Part shown: positions 52,027 through 64,000 of the stretch, piece after piece
How positions within the stretch are numbered: the stretch's first letter is position 1
Layout: each line of letters starts with the position of its first letter
Origin: Raillietiella orientalis
Lineage: Eukaryota
DNA: 64,000 nt
Assembly: GCA_036172245.1 (NCBI GenBank)
Contig: JAYWIR010000029.1
Location: forward strand, 2,728,001-2,792,000
Direction of reading: 5' to 3'
Program-made: the position numbers and the translations under genes
The notes under the pieces: model-generated
Told to the model about the DNA's origin: nothing
What the model saw: the letters and a program-made list of their open reading frames with translations, nothing else
The model's database searches: none

Positions 52027-54333
52027 ATGGCCATGGACGAGAAGGATATTAGCGGCGAGTTAATGTGTGCAATGCTAGAAGAAAGAACAGCTGAAGTGAG
52101 AAGCTTACTCGACTCTTATGGTGTGTCCTCCGCGTCAGAACGGTCATACAGATATGCTTTACTTCGTGATGCTGTGGACAATGTACGTGCAGAGACTGCC
52201 AAACTGCTTTTAAGATTTGATTGCGAAATGAACAGCCCCAATCGAAAACGTGATACTCTTCATTTTGCTGCTGAAAAAGGTTACATAGAGATTGTGGAGA
52301 TGCTTTTAGATAGAACTGTTCCTATTGATGCTGCAAATCAGGATGGCAAAACTCCACTTCACTTGGCAGTTGAAAGTGTGGAAAGGGATGTTGAATTAGT
52401 TTCAAATCGCACAGAGGATGTTTGCTCTAGAAACAGGCACAGTACAACAACCCCTTTGTCCCTTGCTACTAGAAAACATGCAAAGGTTGAAGTTGTCGAA
52501 TTGCTTTTAAGTAGAGGTGCTTCTGTCGATGCTAAGGGGAGAGATGGTAGAACTTCTCTTCACATGGCAGCGGCAGGAGGGTATCTACAGATTGTTGAGT
52601 GTCTTTTAAGATATGGAGCTTACGTCGACCCTGCATGTACCCAGTACTTTCGGACTCCATTGCACGTTGCTGTTAAGGGAGGCCATGAAGAAGTGGTGAA
52701 GGTACTTTTAGAGTGCGGAGCTAACGTTGATGCTCAAGATAAGGGTGGTAAAACGGCATTACACTTTGCTGTTAAGGGAGGCCATGAAGAAGTGGTGAAG
52801 GTACTTTTAGAGTGCGGAGCTAACGTTGATGCTCAAGATAAGGGTGGTGAAACTCCTTTACGCCATGCTGTTAGAAGAGGATTCTCAGTAATCGTTGAGC
52901 ATCTTTTAAAGCATCGTCCTGATGTGAATAACAAAAGTAACAAAAGCACGCTCAACGCTGCAGTGCATCACTATGGGACAGAATATGGCAAGATCCTTCG
53001 AGCTCTGCTTCAGTATGGTTTTACTGTTGATCCAGAAGATGTGAATGATGGTGAATTTCTGCATGCCGCTGTTAAGAAAGGTTATTCGGAAATTGTTGAA
53101 GAACTCTTAAAGTGCGGTACTGATGCTGGCATGCCGGACAACTCCACACGAGGTTATACTCCTTTACATGTTGCAGTCAAAAGCAAACAGGCGGAGATGG
53201 CCAAACTGTTGATAAGTTATGGCGTTGATGTAAATGCTAAAACCAACGGTGGCGTTACGCCATTATCTTTTGCTGTTCGAAATTTCGACTTAGAAATTAC
53301 CAAGCTACTTCTTACTCATAAAGCGAATGTAAAAACTAATCCTGAATTACTTCACATTGCTGCTAGTGAGGGCTGCTTAGAAATCGTTGAAGTTCTTTTG
53401 CAACATGGTGCCGACGTTAATGCTAGTGATCAGCATGGAAGAACGGCGTTGCATTTTACTTCCTTGGGGGAGAAATTCCGTCATCTCAAGTGCAGTGGAG
53501 ACATTGCCAAATTGCTTTTGAGTAGAGGAGCTGACGTAAATGCTAAAACTCACAAGGGTATAACACCGCTTCATGATGCTGCTGGAAATGGTCAACTAGA
53601 AGTTGTTAAGGTTCTCTTGAAATTTGGTGCCACCATTGATTCTAAGGATGGGTATGGTAGGACAGCCCTTCATATTGCTCATAAACAACGACATGCAGAA
53701 GTTGTTGAAACTCTTCTAGAAGATGGCTCCCATGTTAACATCGCTTCTAAAAAAATTTTACAGCATTTGAATTTGCTATGCATCATACCAGAAAATGTGT
53801 ATAGTCGTCACGCTACCATGGTGATTCTTATGATGATGAATATCTTTATTCTCGTGGTGATGATTCGTGCTTAGAAACTGTTGAAATTCTTTTCTGCCTT
53901 CGGTATCAGTTTTCGAATTCAATGTTTCAGAGAAATAGAATTCACGAAGAGTGAGAAGATTGGTAATTCGAACGCCTCATTTTATGACACCTTGACAAAA
54001 TATACAAACCAGTTAGTAATGCTCTTGAGAAATGAAGATACAGTGCAAGTCCTAGGATCGGATGATCGCCAAATGAAATTCCCAATATACGCCAGTGTGA
54101 TGAATAATCGTTTTAGGAGGGGTCAAAGAAGGAAGGAATTGCTCGAGCAAATCCATGAAAACAGCCACACCTTTCCTGCGTTGCCGCGTGACTGTACTGA
54201 ACACGTGCTCAGCTATCTCAGCGATGAAGATTTAAGTATTTTAATAGATGCCCATCAGCCTTCTATTGTTTGTAGACATTATGCTAATGCTGGCGATGTG
54301 GCAATCACTTCAAGTATGTGCGAACCATCATAG
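52027..54333 (+). CDS. Intronless ankyrin-repeat protein (~16 ANK) with a C-terminal PRANC/F-box-like domain, Wolbachia/Rickettsiales effector-like. Disrupted in the linker, so either a truncated gene or a young pseudogene
   Basis: 615-aa ORF with repeated TPLH.A...G..E.V..LL..GA.V units. The same-frame ORF 53881-54333 has SFYDTL...KFPIYAS.....FRRG.RRKELL...FPALPRDCTEHVLSYLSDEDL, a PRANC/F-box-like pattern. Apparent 1-nt loss in the A7 run at 53749-53755; TAG at 53872-53874. Confidence 0.9.
52667..52848 (+). repeat. 99-bp-period tandem duplication of one ankyrin repeat (83 bp identical)
   Basis: 52667-52749 = 52766-52848, encoding AVKGGHEEVVKVLLECGANVDAQDKGG twice. Confidence 0.95.
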
Positions 54334-54549
54334 TGAGGCAGAAGAGTAGAGCAGGAAGGCAAGCTGTAGGTAATGTTTGCTTACCAATTTAAGGTTTCAA
54401 TTTAAGGAAGTTATTTCATTTACAAATTTCACCCGGAGTTTCTCATTTTTTACATATATCATTTTGTGTTCATTCCAAAACAGGGTAAATGGTATTGTCC
54501 TTCATTTTCTTAGAGGAATTGAAAAACTTGAAACATGATGGTTAGGACG

Positions 54550-57500
54550 AAACACCATATGGAATAGACGTATAGATAGGTCTTGTGCAGGGGTGGTACA
54601 TTCCAAAATGGGTTCTTTTTAACTAAGAGTTCTTTAGGCTTCGGGGAATCCCTTTTCAATTTTGGTCTTGGAGAGAAATAGTAGAGAGTTACACCAATGA
54701 ATATTGCGAGTCAACCTCCGGCCTTGGGTGCATCAGCACCAACGGCGTTTTCAAAATTCCTCATGGCATCGGCGCAAAGGTGCTCGGATTGCCACCCACC
54801 CGTACAGAATGGTTGCATTGGAGCGTTTCTAGCAGTTTTTCCCCCGCCATATCTTCTGGAAACCAGGACGCAGACAGTCCTGCATACGCGGACATATTCG
54901 ATGCATCACCGGAGCTGATCCAACCAAGAAGAGAACAAAAATAGTTTGATGAATCACAAGCATTGCATACTGCTGAAAAGAAGCTCACGGAAATAAATGC
55001 CCCCAAACACTAAGGATACTTCGCAGTAGATCTGAGAACAAAATATACAGTGTATACTTCATTGACCTGTATTCAGTTCTTTAGAAAGACAAAAGTCTCC
55101 AGGGATGTCCATCCGGACGCTTACGAGGTCTCAGAAAAGGAGACTGAGGATATTGCTGAAGCTGCAGCCCGAAGATTTGCTCAGGCTATTCGGCTAGAAC
55201 ACTCTCGTATGCATGCGTGATTGCGTGTTCAGGAGAATGTGAAGTGACATGTTTTAGAAATGCTGAATGGAAAGCTGCCGATTGGGGGAATCTGAAATTT
55301 TGTCACCACGTCTTATCCACCAATTCAGTTGTATTCTGATGCGATTGCGGGGATTCCAAGGAACACCTTGCAGCATCACAGGTCGCCTGTTTATCCACAT
55401 GTGTAAATTTCGGATGAATTTCTTGAAGGTGGATCGTGATCCCCCCAGGATCGAAGCGTTTTGTTCTGTGAGCGGCATAAGGAACACACGGTGCTCGCGT
55501 AAAACTGAAAAATCGGAGGACACGAAAAAGTGTGCAGAACACGTTGACCATTCCATGCGGTTGCCTAGCGAGCAGACTTCCGTCAACTGAGCTGTGGCGC
55601 ATTTTTCCATTTCTTAGATGCACAGTGCCTCCTCTCCTCGTTAAGGCATGGGTTCTCGCCTCCTCTCTTCGCAACGTGTGAGAGTGAATCTGCACCACGT
55701 CTGATGACGATCCTCGTGCACATCTCCTCGCCTTCAGCGCGCGTCCCCTTGTTTCAGTTCCTGGTATCGGCTCACCAGATGAATGCGAGTTCGGCCATTG
55801 ATCCTGGCATAATCCCGAGCAGGTTGCAAAATTTCAGGAAACCGTAGACAATCCGGAACTGGAGAACGTTCGAGATTTTCTTAGCAGGCGCAGGATGTTG
55901 GCCACTTTTGCGTGGTTCAATGCAATGGCAGTCAGTCAAGGTTAATAGTTTAGGCGTGTGCGCGCATGGGTCCTTTTGCACGATCCCCTCCAGGATTTAC
56001 GCCACTTCATCTCATGCCCTGCCCCCTGACCACTCGGACTCTCATAACCAATGGGCAGGATCGGAGTTTCTCCGTGTATCAAATGAACACAAACGTGGCC
56101 TCTTATTCCAAGAGTATGATAGCATGTTCTCCCGTTCAAAGACTTGAAGGAGCTGTCGGAAGGAGCATAGGACTTGGGCGTGCTGAAAGGGAGCGTCGAT
56201 AAACCCGGAATTGGTCCTGCTTTGAAGGGAGAAAATGGAAATGTAGGAGAATGAAGTGGTGAATTCACAAGTGGATGCCTCCCTTCTTTCGAAGAGGAGA
56301 TTCTGAAACCAGAGCCTTAATCCAGAGATGATTCTTCCGTGATGATCTCCACGCAAGAGAAACGCACATTCTTCTGTTGGCGGTTATGGTGATGCTCACC
56401 GGTTTTTGCCTTTCATGTCGGTGCAGCTGCCGTATTGCAGCAGCAAGTGATTTTGTGTAATTTCGTGTTTCCGTCGGCAAAATTGATGATCAGTGCGAAT
56501 AAGAATTTTTTTTTTTTTTAAAAAAAAGGGTCAACGAGAACATTTTCTAGACGCAATGTTTATCTCGTTACTTGGGAGGAACAAGGAAAACGGTGTGAGC
56601 ATCACACCTACAGATTCGCCTTGAATGCTTTTCAGCCCTTTCTTTGGTTTAATAAAGAGAGATTGATTTCTCGTCAAGAGACTTTTGCAGTGTCCACCTG
56701 GGAGCATCTCACTCTTCACCAGTTGGTCTTTCAATGTTACCTCGCCCCAAATCTTCCACGGCTTAGAAGTGCGGTTTGCCGGTTTGATCATTTGGTCATT
56801 TGACAAACTCGAGGATTCGATTCTCCTCCTGTAGGAGCAGCGCATCTGCACCGAGTGCGTCTCCCTTTGTTTTTCTTGAGTACTCAACTTTGATGGATTA
56901 TATTTGCTCGTTGCCTCTCCGTGCTCATAAATTCAACTGAGCTGTGCTACTTGCAGTTGGAGGTGTAATGCAAGTTCAACTGCTTGATGATGAACGAAAT
57001 GCAATGTTTCTCATTGCAACACATTCCGCAAGAATGAAATTCGCGTTACGGTTCTCAGTGTTTACAAGAATCCGTTGTCTCAATCATCGTGGTTTCAGCT
57101 GTTCCATAAAAAGTAAGCCATGTTTTGCACCTCATTGGTAAAATGCAACGACCAATTGTGGCGATGGTATTTTACCAATCGCTTTAAAGCAAGCGAAAGC
57201 GAAACCGAAGCGACACAAAACTTCTTTCGAGAGTATCCCAGCTGACTCCGAGATCCTTTAAGAAGTCGAAGGAAGGATGCACTCAGAGGACACGTTTTCA
57301 GTTGAACTCAAGCTGTTACTGCTGAAAGGGAGAAATGACGCTGACCCCTGTGCCATAAGGTATGTGCTTCATTTCGAAGGTAACGGCAATGGGAGCAGCC
57401 CATGAAGAGGCAGAGCTCTTGTTGGAATATGTATTGATGAATTTTCGCTCTTCAACCTTTCCGAATATAAACATCCCCAAAGTGGTCAGCGTTCCTTCAG

Positions 57501-60500
57501 TCCAAGGAATAGCTGCACCCAAAGGAGTAATTCATTTTGCTTACGGCATCTGCAAATCTCCGTAGTTCGAGTAGCAGAAATTTCATAACACAGGCTGTGG
57601 ATTTTGTGTTGTATATAAAACTTCCGGGAATTATTCAATGGAAGCAGTCGTACTGACTTTTCCGAGTATGGACAAAGTTTCAGTGTGACCTTTCATTTCG
57701 GAACAATTTTCAAAGTCCACGGCACCTTCACTTCGTTCCACGAGGATCACCCCCAAGGATTGGTGAGGACTATTCACCAACACCTCTCCAGAATGCTCCT
57801 TTATTTTTCTTTTCAAGCTCTCCGTCAATTTAAACGTTTAACAAAGCCTTGGCTCCATGGCAGAATCAGGTCCTCTCGCAGCTTCTCTCACGTGCACGAA
57901 GGACACCATTCTCTATGAAGGAGATTCCGATGCTCTCAAAACTTCCGTCAGCGTACTCACTTCATCCGTTGGATCCACAGCGTCCCAGATATCCAAGTTC
58001 TGAGTAGCTTCGTGAGCTTCAGATGGCAACCGTTCATCGATACTCTTTCTCCTTTTTCAATTTTTGCGTTTGCATGCTGTTCACAATAGCAGAGAGGATT
58101 GGGGAGATATCTTAACGAAAAACCAACGAAACACCTCTTCTATATAATTGCTTAGACGGAAAGTTTACCAGTGTCGGGAGCGATCAAGGAATTTTTCCCT
58201 GCTCCCTTTTCCTGCCTGCTTCAGCGCTAAGAATTCCTGGTAATGCTCCTCATTAGGGAGCGGAAGTATATAGCAGCAAAGAGAGTGCTGCAGAATTTTT
58301 CTGAGGCATTTATGACTGGATCAGCCCAGTCCCACTTATCATCATCTCTTTTAAACTTGCATATCCATTAATGTTAGTGGCCTGCGATTTTTTAGAAAGC
58401 ACTGCAAAGATTGTGGTTTCTGGTGCAGAAAGGTGGAAACAAGTGGTGTCAAGTTCAGAGGTGGCAAGAAGGTCCACCCTTTCAGAAGCCCTCTCGAGAA
58501 GAAATGCTCGTTCGCTGAGATTTGCTCGAAGGAGAGAGCCTGAAAATCGTTTGGATTGAACAGGAGAGGATAGCTGAAAAGCTCATTGAAAGGAAGGGAC
58601 CCGACATGGGGTTATGAAGGTTCAATCTGTGTGGGAAATTTATATCTGGGTGAATGCGTTCATTAAGATAATCTGAAAGTGAAACAAATTGAAGATGAAT
58701 CGACATTGCTCTCTCAATAGCGAAGCCATCCTATAACAAAAGCCATTCCACAAATCTCTGCACAAAGGTTCCGTTGGGTGTCTTGCTGAATGGTCCAGAT
58801 GGAACAAACAAGACAAGTCATGTCGATCTCGCAAGATCCATTCCACTGCTGCTTCCGAACCAGTGAGCGTGCTGAAAAAAGTGCGGAAAACACGGAGGGT
58901 GGCTGCACAGAAAAAAGAGTTTTGACGGAAAACGAAAAGGAACGCGAGAGAATGTGCGCCTTGAGGAAATCAGCGTTGGTGGTGAGAGATTCATTGTAGT
59001 GAAAGAGGAGGATGGTAGTGACAATCTATGATGGATTTTCTTATTAGATTATTTTCCAGCCAAATATGTTCCCGACATCAGATCGTCACCCACTCTTAAA
59101 GAAAGGACATTTCGTAATAGCTTCAAGAGATGGCTATTGACCAACAGTTCTCGTGGCTCTCAGAATCAAAACATTTTCAACGCTTGCTTCACACGCTCGT
59201 CGAATGAATGTAGGAAGAGAGCAGATTACTCAAACTTCCGTAATGTGTTTAGGGTCAGATCCTTGCTTGTTTCTTGAGAAAGAAAAACTCCTTATTAAAT
59301 AAGCACTATAAATTGGAAAGGAGAACGAACGTTGGCTTCCACGTCAAAAGGCACAGTTCCACCTTTTCCTGCTTGTTGTTGCAGCAAGGACGAACCAAAA
59401 ACAGAGGAGCGCGTCCTTGATGCAGTGAAGAAGAGGCACTGTTTTACTACAGATCTGTTTCCTTAATTTCGAGATGAGACCTCCGTACCAAGATTGGATG
59501 CAAATGACATGAAAAACTTTGTGTTCGGGGAACAGGGGGGGTAGAAAATTGTCCTTTTTCAGTACTGAATCCGAAGCAATGCTCGGATCAATCCAATAGG
59601 GTGTCGTGAAGCTGAAGAAGGAAAGATAGTAAAGATCCATTCTTCGAGGCGCTTACTATAGTTACTATTTTGTTCATCTCCTCGTAAACAAACTATGATC
59701 TGAAAAAAGATAGTGTGTCATTGGAAATGCATGGAAAGAAACAATGAAGGGTGCTTATCTGAGATCCATTGCATTTGACCTCCTATCACGTACTGAGAAA
59801 ATAGTGACACAGTGCAAATGTCAGATCGAGAAAATTGAATTAGATGACGTGATCGCTTGCATGGAGCTTCTCTTGCTTCTCTTGAGTAACAGATTTTGTC
59901 CGCGAGCATGGAGCCTCGCTTTTGTATACATCAGCAGTGTCAACTCCAAGCCCGGCACTCACGAACGGTCCGTAAGAGTTCTTTCAATGTCTTGTAGGAA
60001 AGGACTAGAACCACCGAGACCGATGTATGGACATCTATCGATATGCACTCCCTCTGAAGTGTCAGGAGTCAACACTTCTGCTGCTGCACTGGGGTTTCCC
60101 CTGCAACGCACGCCGACACCACAGGACGCTGAAGAGGGCGAGCTCGGACTGTTGCAGGTGCTGGGAACGGGAATCCCTCCCGCACCTGCTAGCTGACTGT
60201 GTTACCCCCCGACTCCTATAGGAACGTTTAAGAACGAGACTCCGGATCCCGGTTGACACCCGCAAGGACCTTTTGCTGCTCCTTCTGCTGGACGCGCTGC
60301 AGCAGCAGCCCTAGCAGCAGTTTGCTGCATCCGCGGGATTGTAGAGTTGGGAGCGAAATCGATAGAGGAAGGAAAGTAAAGGAAGCCACCAGATAGCAGT
60401 TCGCTTTCTGTTGATAGCGGCCTTCTGGTTGCTTTCAGCAATAAGGCTCGATGGACCGTCACTGCCGGGTGCCCTCGTGGTCGATCTCCGCAAGGCATTC

Positions 60501-62421
60501 GCCTGCATCAACCTGGAGCTTCTTCTGGAGCTCTTGAAGCTTCTGGGTTTCCAGAGCACCTTCTTGAGCTCCTGCTGATGCCACGCGTTATGCTGTACCT
60601 CTCTTTTAGTGGCTTCCACTTATGCGTCATACCAGTATGGCAGGCCCTCAGACAGGCGACAGATCAAACCCTCTGCTCTTCTGCATCTTCGAATTGGTGC
60701 TGAAGGCTTGCAGGTTGATGCTCCCCAACTGCATATCTCCTTTCCAGATACGCCAGTCTGAATTGTCCACGCTGACGACCTGCTTCTTTCCTTCCCTATG
60801 GCCGCCCTGGAGGCTAGGATCGTGAACTTCCTCGAGGTGATGCTTCGGGCAGCAAGTATGAGTGTCAACAGGTGGAAGTCCACTATAGTGCCGGTTAACT
60901 CAACGTGGGAGGGGCGGACCGACACCTGAAGATTCGCATGGGTAGGTGCTTGAAGTACCTCGGCGTTAAGAACGGAATGAACAAATAAATAATTGATGGC
61001 TTTATAAAGAATTTCATCAGTCAAAGTTGTACCTCCCGCTAATAAGTAGTCACCTTGGTCATCCGACCTCCACGCCTTCTTGACCTGTACTCGGACGAGA
61101 TAAGGCCATCTCATTTGGGATGCCACTCAGAGTCGACAACAGTGTTGACTTTCCAAGCTCTCTTTTCATAAAAAACGCATCTTTTTTTCTTCTCTCCTGA
61201 CATTAAACAGAGTTCTCTACGGATTTCGACAACGAAGCACATCTCTCCACCAGTTGTACGGAAAACTGTCAATCATGAATCATTCGCCTTGTAGTGCTTG
61301 AAGTCTCCACGGGAATGTTCCATACCAATCTTTGGTTATCCTCAGTCGCAAGACAAAGATCATGCGACTGAGGATGACCAAAGGTCCTTAAACCTTAGTG
61401 GATGTCCTGAGTGAAGAGATGGAATGACAAATCTATAGCACGTTTCTCGAAAACGATCGCGGAAGGGTTGGTTACGTTGCGCTGGTGAAATTGCAAGATA
61501 TTCGTCTTCACTGCACAGCAAGATACGTGCGTTGAGTCATAAGCAAATAGGTATCGCTGCCTCGCAGGTCAACTGCAGCAGCTGTGTCTGATGATGGAGT
61601 GGCATTGGAGGATGCAGCAGCTCGGATTTGGAGCCCGACTGGGATCTTGCAACGTTTGTATTGGTGTGCGGGTCAAGTTCGTTAACCACACTTTCACTCT
61701 TTCCTTGTTGACACATCCCTGCAAGTAGACAAGTAGACAGATTGACAGATGATGTCTTTCTCCATGCGGATATTCCGTGCACAGTCATCGTGCAGCGCTT
61801 CTGGCAATTCGGCCACCTGAATCCTTAAAAGCAACCTTGATTCAGAAAATGCCCATTGCTGAGAGCGTTCCCAGTTGCAACATTCATTCTGCTTCCTTCC
61901 GAGTGGCACTGTTCTGCAGCCTACTCCACCCCGAAAGGGTATCCCCTGATAGGAAACCTGAGGGTTCCCAATCAAAGTGTGTCCTTCTGATGCATTAGAG
62001 GATGTGGTTCTCTATGAAGTTTGAGGGAAGGGTTGAATGCACGTGTGAAATAAGTGGCGGAGAATTTTTTGTCACAAAAATTAGTGTCAACCCTTGTAAA
62101 CTTCTTGAGAGCGAGTTAGCAAATATAGGGAAAGTGGTTCCGTAGGAATACCTTTTTTTTTCATCTTGAATGAGAATTCTCGGAGATGGATTTCCAAGTA
62201 AGGCCTCTGTTTTCATTCTTTTTCCTTGATTCTTTCCAAATCTTGCCTATACAGATTCTGTCGATCGTGTATAGTTATTAAGAACCGGATATTGGAGATT
62301 ATCAGTAGGGTATACTGACGGACGAATGTTATCATCTGTATTTGCAAAGATGGATGAATAGCTTGACCAGCTGCCACCATGCATAACGGAGTCTTTCATG
62401 ATCCATTCATTTCGAATTTTC
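54550..62421. other. Tract of densely packed decayed intronless ORFs on both strands; unidentified large element (endogenous virus-like?)
   Basis: For example, one minus-strand frame at ~57220-58020 stays protein-like for ~260 codons with scattered stops. Similar stretches: 54850-55220(+), 55254-55810(-), 58700-59300(+), 60200-61126(-), 61840-62421(-). No hallmark gene recognised. Confidence 0.4.
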
Positions 62422-62429
62422 TCTTCAGG

Positions 62430-64000
62430 CCACAAACGCCGGCGGCAACCTCTCATTCCGGTGGTTCGCTGCTGCCACTCGCTTCCCTCAGGAAAGAAGG
62501 CTTACCGTTAACTTGGCCCACGCGGTATCCTGGGGGTTGGCGATGCTCTCCTGCAACGTCAGACGGGCGTTCCTGCCTCGTCGAAGGCACATTCCACGGA
62601 ACAGGCCGAGGGCCAACTCTGACCCCTGCAGGCGGTCCGACGTGTCTTCGGTTCGCTGCGCGGAAGGGTTTTCCGAGTCGGTGACCCGGACGAGCTGTGC
62701 TCGAAGGGGTCGTTGCCTCTCAGGTGCGGCGCATCTTTCAATTGCTTTTTTTTTACTGATTTTTTTTTCCCGTGATGTGGTTGTGCTGCGCCTAGTGTGG
62801 TTTGCTGACATGGGCAAGAGGCCAGTGTCAGCAAAGATCCCGCCCGCCACCGTCCTGGAGGCGAGGCAGGACGCTTCGGAATAGGAAATCCAGGAAAGTC
62901 TCTATGGGAGAATCGGGCAAGGGGAAACGAGCCAAAGTGGCAGTCTGGGCGTTCGAAAAACGCTCCCGTCTCGGCTCTTTCGCACGTTTCCGTGCATCAC
63001 TGTGCACAGCTCCAGGACGAACTTGGACTCGCCAAATGCATTGCTTCAGCGTCTGCGCAGTCGATTGTGTGACGTCAGCACGGCCACCTCCCTGTTCGGC
63101 AACCATTCTCGTTGCTTGGCAAAGAAGATTTTTCCTGACGGAAGAAACGTGTGCTGCTTGCGAATTCGGTTGGGTCGACTCGCGGATTTCGTGGAGCAGA
63201 TCGCAACTCGGAGTATCGTACTGCTGCTGAATCCAGTCCTCATCTGCCTGTGCATTGCTTGTGAATTCGCAACTTGGTAGCAGAGAGCGAACCCCAACCG
63301 GAAGTAATCCGCGTCTCTGCGAATGCGTAGCTGCGGATTCGCTTCCGAAACCAATCGGAAAGCGAGTCTTATCGCTTGTGGCCCCGAAAAAACACATCTC
63401 GCATATCCTGCCATCGATGTATTCCTGAAGGATTACCGTACCGTCAACTTGATACCCCAGTTGCTCCAAGGTAGCAGGACAGCTGCTCTACAAGCAAAGC
63501 TGAGCATCGGTAAGATGAATGCAAGGTCCGTAAGAATGTCTGAAATCCTGTGTTGTACATGTGATGCAGATAGTGATTCATGGCTTGTGTATGACTTCCA
63601 GGTCGAGTACCTCGTAATTGGGAAATGTGCTCAGCTTGGATTGGCATATCGTCAAGGCTCATGGTCCTGCGTTTGGGGAAGGAGGAATTCGATTCCCCGA
63701 AGCACAAAGCTTCAAATCGGACACAGGAAAACCATCTGCTGTTACCGTGCCTTCTCAGAAACGCCAAAAGGGAACCAAAGAGGAGTGGCCACCGGCGAGA
63801 AGCGAGCCTTTCTGGATGGAACCAAAGTCGGAAAGATCGCATTCGTTCACTTCGAAGGGAGGCAAGAGCAAGCTGAACGGCGCGCAGGAAACGGGGAACA
63901 GTGAAACCGAGCCTGAACCTGTGGGGGACGGCTTGCTGACTATTGACAAAAGTTCCAAGAAGCCCGAAAAAGCTACCTTGTTCTCCAAAAGTAAGCTCAC
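62430..64000 (-). mobile_element. Degenerate non-LTR RT fragment running off the window end
   Basis: Minus-strand motifs in RT order: EVNECDLSDFGSIQKG (cf. VNG.LS.F...RG..QG), SLDDMPI (cf. YADD), CYLG. Frameshifted. Confidence 0.45.

Noticed and set aside
1..64000. CRISPR arrays, rRNA genes, intact tRNAs, prokaryotic operons
   Set aside because: No repeat-spacer array, rRNA motif or complete cloverleaf seen. The context is eukaryotic.

Overview
Eukaryotic genomic window, most likely arthropod (inferred from the gene families; the species cannot be told from sequence). It has short GT-AG introns (mostly 49-78 nt) and sharp base-composition blocks. Three host genes are well supported, all on the + strand. 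(1) A ~1.87 k-aa disordered RS-rich nuclear protein with a ULM-like and an RVxF PP1-docking motif (5895-11622). (2) A secreted clip-domain trypsin-type serine protease in a very GC-rich island (25439-27666). (3) The spliceosome factor CCDC12/Cwf18 (33725-35185). From ~36 kb to the end the window is accessory DNA: fragments of Tx1/L1-like LINEs, a MITE, and long tracts of decayed intronless ORFs of unknown origin. The standout feature is an intronless gene with about 16 ankyrin repeats and a C-terminal PRANC/F-box-like domain (52027-54333). It resembles Wolbachia/Rickettsiales-type ANK-PRANC effectors and is probably a horizontal transfer. Its two halves are intact and in the same frame, separated by one TAG. 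All family calls come from recognising motifs by eye; no searches were run.
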